NCBI GenBank assembly: GCA_040954595.2
Contig: CM082577.2
Coordinates: forward strand, 9,325,846-9,389,845
DNA from: Balanoglossus misakiensis
Lineage: Eukaryota; Animalia; Hemichordata
Reading direction: 5' to 3'
DNA length: 64,000 nucleotides
Part shown: piece after piece, positions 52,301 to 64,000 of the stretch
Layout: each line of letters begins with the position of its first letter
Position numbering within the stretch: the first letter of the stretch is position 1
Notes under the pieces: generated by a model
Databases searched by the model: none
What the model saw: only the letters and a program-made list of their open reading frames with translations
What the model was told of the DNA's origin: nothing
Translations under genes and position numbers: made by a program

Positions 52301-55300
52301 ACACAATCACAAAGACAATTTTTATAGACTGCAAATGGTTCTGAAATGGTTTCTTCAAACATGACGCACATAACTGGAATAACCATGGTATCGTTACTTC
52401 TTCAGATCCACGACTAATCAATTTTAACGAAACTCTGCACTGCAAAAAATTATATCTGCTCCCAAACTTACTGTCGGAGGAGTTGGTCTGCAGGCAGTCT
52501 TCTTGGCGAGGTCAGAGGTCATGTCTTGCAGAACGCCCAGCCTGTTCTTCAGGTACTTGACTCTAGGTGGCAGCACAGAATCTTGATACTTGTCCAGTGT
52601 CTGCCCTGTCAGCAACTCGGACGACTTGTTTCTCACCAACATCTCACTGTTTATACTGTCACGCTGAAAATAAAAATGACATTTGTTACAAGAGGACAAC
52701 ATTTGTGAGAAAAAAATGAAAATTAAGAAATTCTGATACACGTACATAATATTCAAATCAATCTTCAAATTTCAGTATTGTATTTATGCTGTTTGAAAGT
52801 TGCAAATTAACAAAATGCAACACTAAATTTGCTGATCTCACCTCTTCTTCGGTATATTTCAGCTTAATTGCCGTCTTCTCAGCTGGATCAACCGGCCCCT
52901 GCGGAGCCAACAACAAGGCTTGAAGCAAACCCAGGTGCACCCAGCCTGTGCCACAATTCAGTTGGTCCGCGATGGGGTCGTGCGACTGCACAGACTCTGA
53001 TTGGCCGACGTCCTGTGTTACAGGGCTATGATTGGCCTGTAGCGTTTGATTGACTTTGACACAGTGAATGCATTCCGATAGCAAGTCTTTGACGTACGAG
53101 GGCAGGGTTGCTTGGCTGTTATGGGCGTCGGCCTGATGCTGTCTGCCGTGATCGACCGCATACGGAAGAACCTTTGGCAGTTCATCAAGACTCATCATCA
53201 AATCATCTGCAGGTGCACTTCCGTTACTCAGATCGCTCAACAACCGTGCAGCACGAACAAGAACCTCCTCCTGTTCACCGCACACAAAGGATCTCATGGC
53301 GTAAATGAGATTTGCCAGGTTAGCTGTCAGACAGTTCCAGTTGTTATTTCTGTATATAAAAAAAGAGGGGAACCAAAAACTTGCTCAAGGTTGTTGCTGA
53401 TGCTTGGTAGTAAATCTAGCAATCTTGGTCAAATGAGTGAGTTACTTGCACTGTTTACAAGATTTCACAGCAGATTTGAACACTGTCATCTGGACTGACA
53501 GTTCTGATTATCTGGTACCAGTATGTGTAAGCAATGAAAATAAAACATGTTATCTACTAAACTGCAGACTACAAAGATCAAAATCCCACGACTGACTAGA
53601 ACAGCTCCAGATTTATCAGCTCTCCAGTATTTAGAAAAAGATTTGTAAAGCATGTATTTTCTCAAAATTTGTGTCACTGGAATTTCCACTCATTCAGTCT
53701 GTCTGTCATCTCACCTAAACTGCAGTGCCTTATCCGATAAGCTACTCCCATTGGACCACAACACCTCTGTCAATTCATGCATCTGCCAGATCTTCTCATG
53801 GAATTTCCCCAGCGGAAGACCATGATTTCCGGCACTGACTTGAGCCCTCTTCGGCTGTTCCGGATCTGGCCGCTGTTTCTTCTCTTGTGAACGCAAGATT
53901 TCAAACGCAAACAATCCAACAGTGGACAGGTACTGCGATCCTGGACCCTGGGTACATGTATAAGAAAAAGTGTCAATAACATATTGTCAAAATACTTTGT
54001 GATTCTGCCCTTCTCAAGAGATATACACATAAGTTTTAAAAGATGATTGCCAGTGATCCAGGTTCTTTCACAGCCAGTGCTTATATCAAAGGGGAAGTTT
54101 AGTCTGACTGATTTTTATGTGGTACATGTACCTTTGGCAGCATTATTGGTTACTGTGATCAGTCATGCATTGTTTTAATACATGCAGCCTGTCATGAATG
54201 TGAGTGCGTTAACTATGCCATATCCATCGGAAAATGGTCCCTGCCATATCTATCATGTCATAGAAGCATAAGGTGCATGCTTTTCCCCCATACAGTAAGT
54301 TGATGAAGCCCTAGAATGTAACTTGCACCACTATTTTTGTCCCTTCTCTCTAAACTAATTTATACATGGCAAAAATGGCTTTTCCTGAATAACCAAAACC
54401 AAAGCTAAGCAACCCCTTTAAACATCCAACTTCATTTCTGGAGACATTCAACAAAATGCTTCACAGTGCCTCCTTTCCCGCTTACATTCTCAATGCTGTA
54501 CGGCTGACTCCTCTTCACCGTGGCAACGTCGCTGTCCTCCACGGAAGATGGCTGCCACGACAGCCACTGATACGGTTGCTTGGTGACACACGACGACCAG
54601 GACGACTGCAGGAACTTCAGCAGGATCTCTGATGTCATGGAGCCGACCGCTTGCCGGTTGCGCAGAGTGTGGGCCACTCTCCTGTAGAGGGAGAGCTGCA
54701 GAGGCAGGGATGGGGTTGAGAGAGTTTTGTATGTCCGGAAATGTTCAAGATGTTCTGCGAGGTCTGCCTGTGGGTTGGTTCTGAAAAATGAAATAGCATA
54801 AATGGTATCAACAAATTATTGATCAGTCTTATAGCAGTGGCAAGATACAAAGCTGTACAGGAAGAAAAATTATGATTCAGCAGATGAAAACACACCGCAA
54901 AAGTACATGTACATGTAGCTTTACTAGGAAGTGAAGTAACATGTCTCATCAGACTTATTTAAGGTACATATGGACCTTTGTTATTTAATTTAAAGTTAAA
55001 ATCTTGAAAGCATGATGTATTACTGTAATATATTATGTGGCAGAGTTTAACCCTTTCACCACAATGGTTCAGTCCAAACCCATTGTTTCCTAAGGCAAAG
55101 CGGAACCACTAAAGAGGGAACTGGGGGTGAAAGGGTTAAGAAGCAAGATACATGCACTCACGTCTTTCTATGTTGACGAACGGTTCTCCTGAGCAACGCC
55201 GTCATCAGCTGACACTCCCTCTGCCTTCCAATCCATTCAAACACCGGCCAGAGTTGAACCCTGGTCTCCAGCACTGCATCTGGCAGTGCTGTCTGCACCT

Positions 55301-58300
55301 CTGTTGTCACGGTTTCCACTGGCTCACCATCCACTTCCATCGCTGCGGCCATGTTGTCCGGATCTTCGTAAAGCTGTTGCCTGGTCAGCTTTGTTTCAAC
55401 GTGATCGATTTTGTCCAGCAAATCATCTGGGATTATTCAATGAGAAGATAATGGCAGCTTTACTACAAAGTTGATGATTTGACTGTTCGCTGACATGTAC
55501 ATCTCATCACCACATACACACTGTTTATCTATTCCTGAAATGTATTTGCATTGACTCAAACATTGGTTGCATTGACACTACGTGACTTTCAAATGGGAAT
55601 GTGACATATGAGAGGTTAACATAAGAGAATCTCACAGATGGAAACAAGAAAGCCAACATACCGATATTGTCATTCCCGCACTCATTCATGGCATAGGCCT
55701 CCATTAGAATTTCTTCCATTTCGCCGCAGAGCTTGTTCTGATCGGACACGAGGAAAGAAATCCTTCTATCCTGTTCCTGTTGCATTCTCACCGCTGCGGT
55801 GTCACTGTTGCCACCGAACACATCCACGCACCGACACAGCTTGTGGAGATGCCGGGTCAAGTCGGCAACCACCGGGCTCTTGTAAGGCACGGGAAAGCCC
55901 AGGTCTCGCCACACGATCATCTGAGCCTGCGATGCTCTGGAGTCGTGGGAGAGCGACTGGTGAATGCGACTGACGACGGTGATCAACTCGGCCGACAATC
56001 TGTGGTGGGTTGCAACCAAAAGGAAAGATGAAAATTAAGAAAAGTCAGCTGAAGTGAAGGCTATCTTTAAATTAATGTACAATGTATGAATGTTAACCGT
56101 CTTGGTCAACTATTTCAAATACATGTATAGTTTGAAGTTCAAATGAATTTCTGTAATAGCATGGAATGGACACTGTATGCTAGAACTTTACACCCCAAAC
56201 CCTGCAATCAACAAAACAGATTATATCACTGAATATGATCTACAATTGGCCACTGGATTTTTTTCAGCAACATGTGAAGATTTCTCTTCTACTAATGTAT
56301 TTTAAAATGTATATACAAATGCTCAATTTTGTATAAAATAAATTGACATTATATGCACACATTATGGATATTGTGTCTATAAAAATGATAAGGTATGTTT
56401 CTATGCTCATGTTGATAGGTTTCTGTTATATACACATCAACATGCTCACTTACTCTGCATCTTGTCCTGCCAAGAGTTTGGTCGCAGTGAAGAGAGTCTT
56501 CTTGAAAACCCAATTCCAGTGTAGGCTGAGTTGTGACAGGGCCAGCTGTTGTCTGTCTGATATTGGCCGATTGCTCACGTCCCAGAATCTGTCTCTCCAT
56601 GACAACGCCTCCAGCACCTGAAGTAAACAAAGTGCAACATATGTATCTTTGCACCTGGGCTGATGAACATTGTGCAAACATTGCTGAGGATTTTTATACC
56701 CAGAAATGGAATTTTCAGTCATGCTGTATGTTTTACATCTTCTGTGGTAACCTAAGATGTTATTCTACTGCAGAAGGCTTCTAATCACACTGTACAATAC
56801 ATATGCAAATGAGGGCACAAGAACCCAATATGCATCAAGTGTTCAACTACTGTATGTGCATGCATTATGTACTGTGGCTGATTGAAGCATTCAATTTAGC
56901 TGTTAGATCCATATGGCAGATACCTGATGCAACAGACTCATGAGAGTCCAAAACGCCATAAACAAATCCTCCCATCCATACACATGTACACAGCCACATT
57001 CCTCTTTGAGAATAACGCAACCATACCTGAGTCATGCCTGAATCCTCTAGTCGACTGTCGGCCAGTAGGCAGGTGGCTATGTGTCGATCAAAGTTGACAA
57101 AGAACGGATAGAGGTGAGCGACGACTGGATCTGGCAAGGATTCTGCAGCTATGAAACCTGTAGAGAACACATGTATGAGATATCAGGGATGCAAGGGTGT
57201 GAATAATTCTGCTCCTAGGTCTCAAAGAATGTACTAATTATCTTGCTAACTGAGATGTTTCTTATATACATCATCACTGGCTTGTAAAGAAGACCCATTT
57301 TAGAGGGATTATGGTCTATTATAAGCTTGTTTGGAAAAGTGAGGGTGAACGGGTTATATCGAAAATTTGCTGATACTAACCTTTATTGAATGCAAAGGAC
57401 AATTGTATGCAGGTGCGTGGCTGCTGCTTCTCAGTGACTTGGACGTACACAGTATTTTCCATGAAGTGTCGTACTTCTCTCCAAATTGTAATGTACAGCC
57501 TGGAAAACAAAATCAACATGCGTGTTGCCGAAAACATCGAAGAATAATCTGTCGCCTATTCACGTCCACTACCTTGGTACATGTTTGTCCCAGTGCTCAT
57601 TTTGGAACTCTCGTTGTAGTTGGACTGACTCTATTTCTCCAGAAAGAAAAATAACACTTGAACAAGTTACTTTTAATTTTTACAGTACCCACAAATTATA
57701 ATGTACATGTTGCTCTCAAGTTAACATGCATTTTTGTTTTAATTTTTAATGATAAACTGACTTAAAAAATGCAAAAGCACTTGACAATACCTGTTGGTGA
57801 GGGACCTCACAGAGTGGAAGTTCAAGTAACACTGAAGCTGTTGGTTCCATTGCAAGTCGTACGGAAAATTACCCAAGATCTGCAAGTCTGTACAATATAA
57901 TCATTTTGGGAAAATTAAATTAACATTACTTGACACTCATGTTTCATTAAACTGAATAGCAAATAAAATGAGGGAAATGGAAAAAATTACAGAAGAGGCA
58001 AATAGAGACCGATTATTCATTTTGGTGAGTTTTTTTTACTCCCGTGTCTACAAGCGGGATGGAAGTTGTGAGCGGTTCAACGTTGATTCACTATATATCC
58101 ACATATAGAATAACACAAATGGTTTCTTGTATCAAACATAATTGATGGAAAAAGGGCAGCGAGAGACTTTGTCCCTTTAATTAATTTTAGCAAATGTACT
58201 ATTTCCTAGACAGTTTTACCTGACTCTGAAATGCCCATCTCAACCAAGAAAGTCCATAACTTTCGCATCAATCCTCCATCAAAAACACTCTTCATCACGT

Positions 58301-61300
58301 GCACGGCGACATCCGGAAGGTGTTCCGTTACTTCGTTCCCACTTCCGGGCACCGGCCTCCTCCGTTTACTCTTTCCGGGAGGCAGTTTGCTTCTGATGAC
58401 ACCGCAGATGAACTCCATCCGTAGTTTCCAGTCGCGGAGAGTTGCCAGTTCTACCACGGTCAGCATGGCCGGCAGCAGTTGTTTCTCCAGATGGCTTTTG
58501 CCTTGGACGTCAATCTGCAATCTCTCGCCTGAGAGCTCAGTCAGCGATAATGGCTCCTCCCTGTGACAGACCACATGAAATCGACTTGTATTTTACAGGA
58601 TTCGAACCCAGACCTATACCTATACCAATTCCACATCCCAGAACAGGTCATTTCAATAAAAGAGTCCTGAGCATGTCCTTTATCTGAGTACAACACACAA
58701 ACAAACACATGCATACGATAAGCCCAGGCATCATACCATATCAACTGACACCAATTTGAAGAAAAGATAATTATTAGCAAATTCATGGCATGAAACTTCC
58801 TCAAAACTCTGGCTTGTCTTGCAGACAACCTCTGAAATCATTTCAACAAAGGATAATCTCCCTGTTAAATTTTTCATGTGAAGTACTTAATTTGTGAACA
58901 CGCAACTCCACCATTTTGGAAATACTCCTCTCTTTCTGTACACATGTCAGTATTACCTGTTGGGACTGTGAAGAGACAGCTGATTCAGCAGATGAAGAAG
59001 AACACATCCCTGTCTTCGGACTGTAGCCAATTCTGAATTACTGCTGTACTCCAGTACAGAGGGCAAAGAGTCTGGCCACTGGCCCTCCTGTGTCAGTACG
59101 GACGACTTTGTTTGTTTCTCCATGGACAGAAAATCTACGTTTCCCAGGGTGTCCAATATTGTCTGCTTGGCAACCTGTTAAGTACAAAAAATAATACAAT
59201 GTTTCAGGTACAGAATGCAGGCAAAAAATGTTCACAATGTGCTGAGTTTTGTTACAATTATCATGTCTGTCTTCAAAAAGTTATGAACGCAAACACTGAA
59301 GAGCAGATTGTGAGTTTTGTCGCTGGAGTTGACAAGAAAAAAGTCTACAAAAATGACAACAGTGAACGACAAACATCATCTTCGTGGACACGCCCATCCA
59401 CACGCTCATTACTCTACACTATTGAGTGTTTGATGAAGACAAGATCACCAAAATTCAAATTTCATATTTGGGCATTTGTACCACGATGATAAAGCTCAGA
59501 TTTACAAGATTTTTGTTGCGTACTGACCTGTCTATTGGTATACGACCTTTGACCTCTGACATACACATCAGTGCAGGCCGCAAACATGGCCGAGACGACG
59601 TCGTTTCCTCTTTGAAGTTCTTGCACCGTGAGAGACGCAGAGTGAAGGAGATCTAGCAATGAACAAGGCTCAGCACCTGCCAATAAAATATGAATAAAAT
59701 ACTATAATACAAACAGCTCATAAAAGTTTGCAAGATCGATCCATCTCAGCTTACACAAAAGCTGTCAGAATGAAACTAAAATATGACAGATAATTCACCT
59801 GTAAGGCTGGTCTTGAGCGATCTGTGTAGTTCGATCAACGTGTCACACGGTTGCTGTCCTACGAGTCCAATTCCGTGAAGTAAACTCTTCAAGTCATGTG
59901 AGCCATAGTCACCATCTTCATTCTGATTGAACAAAAGAAACAAACACAGAATGTCACAGTGTACCACCGTACTGATCTTAAATTCTAAATTGGCCCCAGC
60001 AGAACTTTTAACGTCAGATTATTGGCTATGTCCGATATTTCATGGGTGCCGATTATATGCAGTGTTTTGTGTACATCTCAGCACTACAGGGACAATGCTA
60101 GTGTTAACGCACTTATTATTACCTGCAAGAATGATGTTACAGCTTTTGAACAGCTGAGTGGCAATGTCAAAAAGTTATTCTGGAAGCAGCCACATACATG
60201 TACATGTACTACACTCTTGCCAAGTGAAGATTAGATTTATTATCATAGATCATAATTCAGGCAATCTCTGACTGTACAGCCAGTAAAGCATGGCGACACT
60301 GGGGTACAACAGCAACAGAGTTCATTACCTCTCCAAGTATATAGATTTCCACCCCTCTGTTTCTCATGGCCCTGGAGATTTCACCATGTCTTGGATCCAT
60401 GGCTAAAATCAATCTGTGTAGATCACAAAAATATGAATATTTTATTACAGTGTATTATTAAACAGGCAGGCATAAATAGTGGTACGGTAATTGTAATTGT
60501 AATTTTGTTACTAAGGACAAGCATAAAACTGACAATCTGAAGACATAAGGCATACTGGTATTACCTGAAATCTGGATGCGGTTTGATTGTAGGAATTTCT
60601 CCGTCTATCACTCCCCTCTCGTTGATGCTGAGTACTCCATCGGGTTCCAACAGTGCATTCAGTCTGTCCAGAACAGATGGGCTACAGAGAAAAAAGAAAT
60701 CAGAGATGACATTAGTCAAACATATATGGCCATTAAAATTCCCATTATTTTGCTTCTCTATATGTAACTACACTCTTACATGTACATGTACGTACATCAG
60801 ATTTTCTAAATGTAGTTTCACATATCCATTCCATTCCATTGGATTTGATGGGCCAAATGCATGAACGTTTAATATCTGGGGAAATTCCGAATGATGACAA
60901 TCATTCATTTCTTACCTGCAGAAGTTCACATTATCGATGAGAAGCCAGTCTCCATTGTTCAAAGCCTGCACCAGCAATCCATCGACCCATTCGAATTTAC
61001 CCCCACCTCTGCCGTCACGGTGGCCATCTTTGTGGAATCTGCTCCTCAATTCTTCAAACTTGGACTTCAAGGTGGGCAGCTCCTCTATAGAATAAAAGAT
61101 GCAGTTATGTATTCTGTGATAAATTCACAGTTCATAATTATATGAATTCGAGATTAATAGTATTATTCTCCTCCATTTATATCAATCAATGTTATGTAAA
61201 TTTTACAGAAATATCATTTTGGGCATTTCTAGTGACCCACAAAAAAAATATTCTCATACTTTATAAAAAATGGGATTGTGAAGGCATTTTAAATTGATCA

Positions 61301-63890
61301 AGCTGTAAATGGGGGTTTCAAGACTGACCTTTGACCTGTACGACATCATGCTTCCCACAATGCTTTTCTACAAGACCGAGCAACTTGTCCACGGCCTGAA
61401 ATGCCTCTCGCGACAATCCGCAAACCTCTGTCTTCTTGCTGTCGTTACCTCTCACTGGGACAGACCCTGCAAAATAATGTCACCATTTTGTTTTCATATG
61501 ACCATTTTACAAACAAAGCTAGTAGTTTCTCATAATACCAGCATTGAAAATCCATCTGTACATATAGCTCGTCTTTCTGCATGACCAAATATTTTACTTG
61601 TACACTGACTACAGTGGAGTTTAACGTAAGCCATGTGGTATCGGGTAAAAAAAAGCAAACCCAATCAAAGATGCTGGTTTAGTAGATATCAAAGCACTGA
61701 CACACACTCAACACAAATGATATGTTGCTTAGCTTGAAACCATCTGGAACCAGGCTCTCATGATTTCTCATTTAGCTAAACAGATCATTCAACTACATTT
61801 CTACTACCAAAAAAACCCTCTCACCACTGTGGAACCTTTCAGAGAATGTAAACCAGGCATTCATCAGCTGCTGTGCGTGCTGTCTGCACTTCTTCTCTTG
61901 TTTCAGAAGCAGGAATCTGACGAGCTCGAGAACCAGGCCCTGCAGTGACTGAGTCAGCTGCTCCCAGTGACGATTTAAATCAGCCTGATAGGGTCAAGAC
62001 GAAAAAAAAAATGATTTTCAATGGCTTGTCATGGAAAGCTAGCGAAGACACGCTAAGATAGACTTGGACGTTTCAAAACTGATGTCCATGGTTGTGTTGT
62101 CTGAAAAGACATCTCTGACCATTACATTAGTAGGTACAGAATCCCCAATTTCTAACTTGCTCTATCATTTCAGCTAGTTCCATATACATGTATGTAGTAG
62201 ACCAATCAGTTTTGCGTTATCCGGTATTGAGTCTAGAGTTAGGAATAGTTTTCTTCAGTACAGCCTCAACATTGGTAGAATAATGGAACGATGCCAACTT
62301 TGGGTTGGCAAGTCCACAATGAAGTCATGTTATAATGTAACTTGGATAGTTCCACGATAAAATAGCCAGGTCACAATCTTTTCTCACCTGCTCAAATCCG
62401 CCCAGTAGTTCAGTGGTATCCATGGCGCTGTTCATGGCCATCACTTGCAACCTGTGCCCAGTCAGCTGTGCCAGGAGTTGCACCAGTGACGTCTTTCCGC
62501 TGGAATGTGGACCAACCTGCAATGGCCATCAGTAGTTGATTAAAGTTCATGTACGAATTTGTGTATTAAAATTTTAATTCTATTGATGAATCAGCATAAC
62601 TCAATTCTGATTATCATTATCCACTACATAATGAAATTGCCACAGTTTTTTAAAAAGCTTTTAGTCAATTTGAGGATTTCTTAAAAATTTCTGATTCAGC
62701 CCTATACCTTTGCATGTAGTGTGGACAATTTTCTTGAGTCACCAGTGAGTTTGTTGAGTCAGTGGCGGGTCATATGGGCTTAGAGGGCACACAACACTGA
62801 ATCATACAATATTTCTCATGTTCTAATCAACAAAATTTGTACACCTACCAGAATGGCCATCCAGTTCATCTCAATGCATTTCATCAGAGCCTCCAACGGT
62901 TCCAACAGATGATGCAGCAGTTTCAGGGGCATTCTCAGACTCACCGTGTGTAGAGTATCTTGTTGACTCCTCAGCAGGAACGAATGACCCGCCTGTCAAA
63001 TCATGAGATGCAAACAACATACTTAGATAGATTCTGATGATACACCAGGAGTGATAAATTTCTACACGGACTCTTTATCTGGAGATTACTCCCAAACTAG
63101 ATGCTACATGTATCTGTTGGTAAGATGTTGAGTGATGCCTTCATTTTACTTCAACACACTTCATTAAGACCCAAGATTCCGTACAGATCAGATGCCAAGC
63201 ACAAGCACTGAACTGAGAAAGCCAAAACATGGAACAAATGGCTCTGGTACAAATGCAACTGTCTGCTGATAAAAACACTGACCTGGCATAGAGTTTACAT
63301 GAAGCAAACAAATACAAAAATCTTACCTGCACAATTTCTGCCGTAATGTGGAACTGTCTGCTAGACCGGTACGGCTCTGCCCATTCTCCTTGCTGGTCAA
63401 ACACTGATGTGTACAGTTCCAACACCTACAGAAATGGAAAGACTCACATTATCGAAAAATGTCCATGCTTTGCTGGAGAAAAAAATGTCCAGACAAATTT
63501 TGTTGCATGTCTAATCTGTTGCCAGATTGTGTATCCGATATCACTCTTCTTTCTCAGTGATTGAGGGTTACTTGTTTTTGTTTATATATTGTTAAAGTCT
63601 CTCCCACATACAAATTACCTACATTTTCATACACACATTGTAATACAGACATATGACCACAACAGTGACAAAAATGCTACTTAGTATTGCTGTCAGCTCA
63701 CCTTCTCCTTGTCCTGTTTGCCTCTCATTCTTTGTCCGTAGATTAAATTGACGTGTTCGCCGGGATTCCGCTGCATGCTGTCTTGGTTTTGCGTCATCAG
63801 GTCGCACCACCTGAACAGGTCCCTCAGGTTGAACTCCCAGGGTCCTCCTCTCTGACCCCACTGGCATGTTACCATGGTTACATCATACAG
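35103..63890 (-). CDS. MDN1: Midasin (AAA-ATPase, 60S ribosome maturation), 3' portion, ~60 exons; 5' part beyond window end
   Basis: Diagnostic peptides across GT-AG exons: GGPWEFNLRDLFRWC (63.8 kb); GPHSSGKTSLVQLLAQLTG…NSAMDTTELLGGFEQ (62.4 kb); FEWVDGLLVQAL…WLLIDNVNFC, SVLDRLNALLEPDG and GEISRAMRNRG (60.3-61.1 kb); D/E-rich region; GDYRTGKRLNMRKVIPYIASQFRKDKIWLRRTKPSKRNYQIMLAVDDSSSM; C-terminus FPFPFYIILRDINALPATLSDALRQWFELV with stop at 35103-35105. Confidence 0.97.
38532..38618 (-). mobile_element. piggyBac-like MITE, copy 3 (inverted, diverged)
   Basis: Reverse complement of the same family (…AAACAATGGATTTTGACTGAACCATGGTGGTGAAAGGG), with TTAA on the left side. Confidence 0.75.
40891..40947 (-). 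mobile_element. Degenerate fragment of the same MITE
   Basis: CCCTTTCACCC…TTCCCTCTATAGA…ACCTTTACCATAGAACACGATG resembles the inverted copy; the other end is lost. Confidence 0.5.
46228..46312 (+). mobile_element. 85-bp piggyBac-like MITE, copy 1
   Basis: TTAA-CCCTTTCACC…GGTGAAAGGG-TTAA: 10-bp TIR with TTAA on both sides, in an MDN1 intron. Confidence 0.85.
50932..51027 (+). repeat. Dispersed ~95-bp repeat, copy 1
   Basis: AGCTTTCAGTCAATTTAAGGATTTCT…TCAGCCCTATACCT…CATGTAGTGTGG…TTTCTTGAGTCACCAGTGAGT recurs at 62656-62750. Confidence 0.8.
55051..55135 (+). mobile_element. 85-bp piggyBac-like MITE, copy 2
   Basis: Same TIRs, TTAA flanks and internal sequence (ATGGTTCAGTCCAAACCCATTGTTT…TAAAGAGGGAACTGGGGG) as 46228-46312. 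Confidence 0.85.
60329..62992 (-). other. MDN1: MDN1 AAA6 module exons
   Basis: Walker A GPHSSGKT, Walker B region WLLIDN and arginine-finger region SRAMRNR. Confidence 0.92.
62656..62750 (+). repeat. Dispersed ~95-bp repeat, copy 2
   Basis: Colinear match to 50932-51027 in a different MDN1 intron. Confidence 0.8.
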
Positions 63891-64000
63891 CTGTTTAAGT
63901 CAACAAAAAAGACAAGAGAAATATTGAAATGATTAAACAATGTAACTCATGACATTGTGACTGTTCTCTCTTAAAACCACAGTAGTGCATCTGTCTGGAG

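Noticed and set aside
57183-57277. Box C/D snoRNA candidate in an MDN1 intron (GTGATGA…CTGA, minus strand)
   Set aside because: No terminal stem, no clear C'/D' boxes and no rRNA complement that I can recognise.
35327-63564. Many 60-180 aa plus-strand ORFs over MDN1
   Set aside because: Antisense shadows of MDN1 exons or chance intronic ORFs, with no recognisable domains.

Overview
AT-rich, intron-rich eukaryotic DNA, most likely an invertebrate metazoan; the taxon cannot be determined from the sequence. The right half (35.1-64 kb, minus strand) is the 3' part of midasin (MDN1/Rea1): about 60 exons covering the end of AAA5, AAA6, the linker, the D/E-rich region and the VWA/MIDAS domain; the gene continues past the window. 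A probable 4-exon single-CUB-domain gene lies on the plus strand (28.4-32.5 kb), convergent with MDN1. Two minus-strand genes with two coding exons each (11.9-13.1 kb and 21.5-24.0 kb) encode coiled-coil proteins that share an unrecognised helical domain and an identical phase-0 intron position, so they look like diverged tandem paralogues. The most unusual structure is at 0.5-6.5 kb: four 54-bp hairpin heads followed by four ~1.4-kb bodies of a non-autonomous Helentron/HINE-like element. The head and body subtypes pair in mirror order, which is best explained by four elements inserted one inside another at the same site. Small MITEs (piggyBac-like TTAA and Tc1/mariner-like), microsatellites and palindromes are scattered through introns. 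All gene models were read by eye; no database searches were run.
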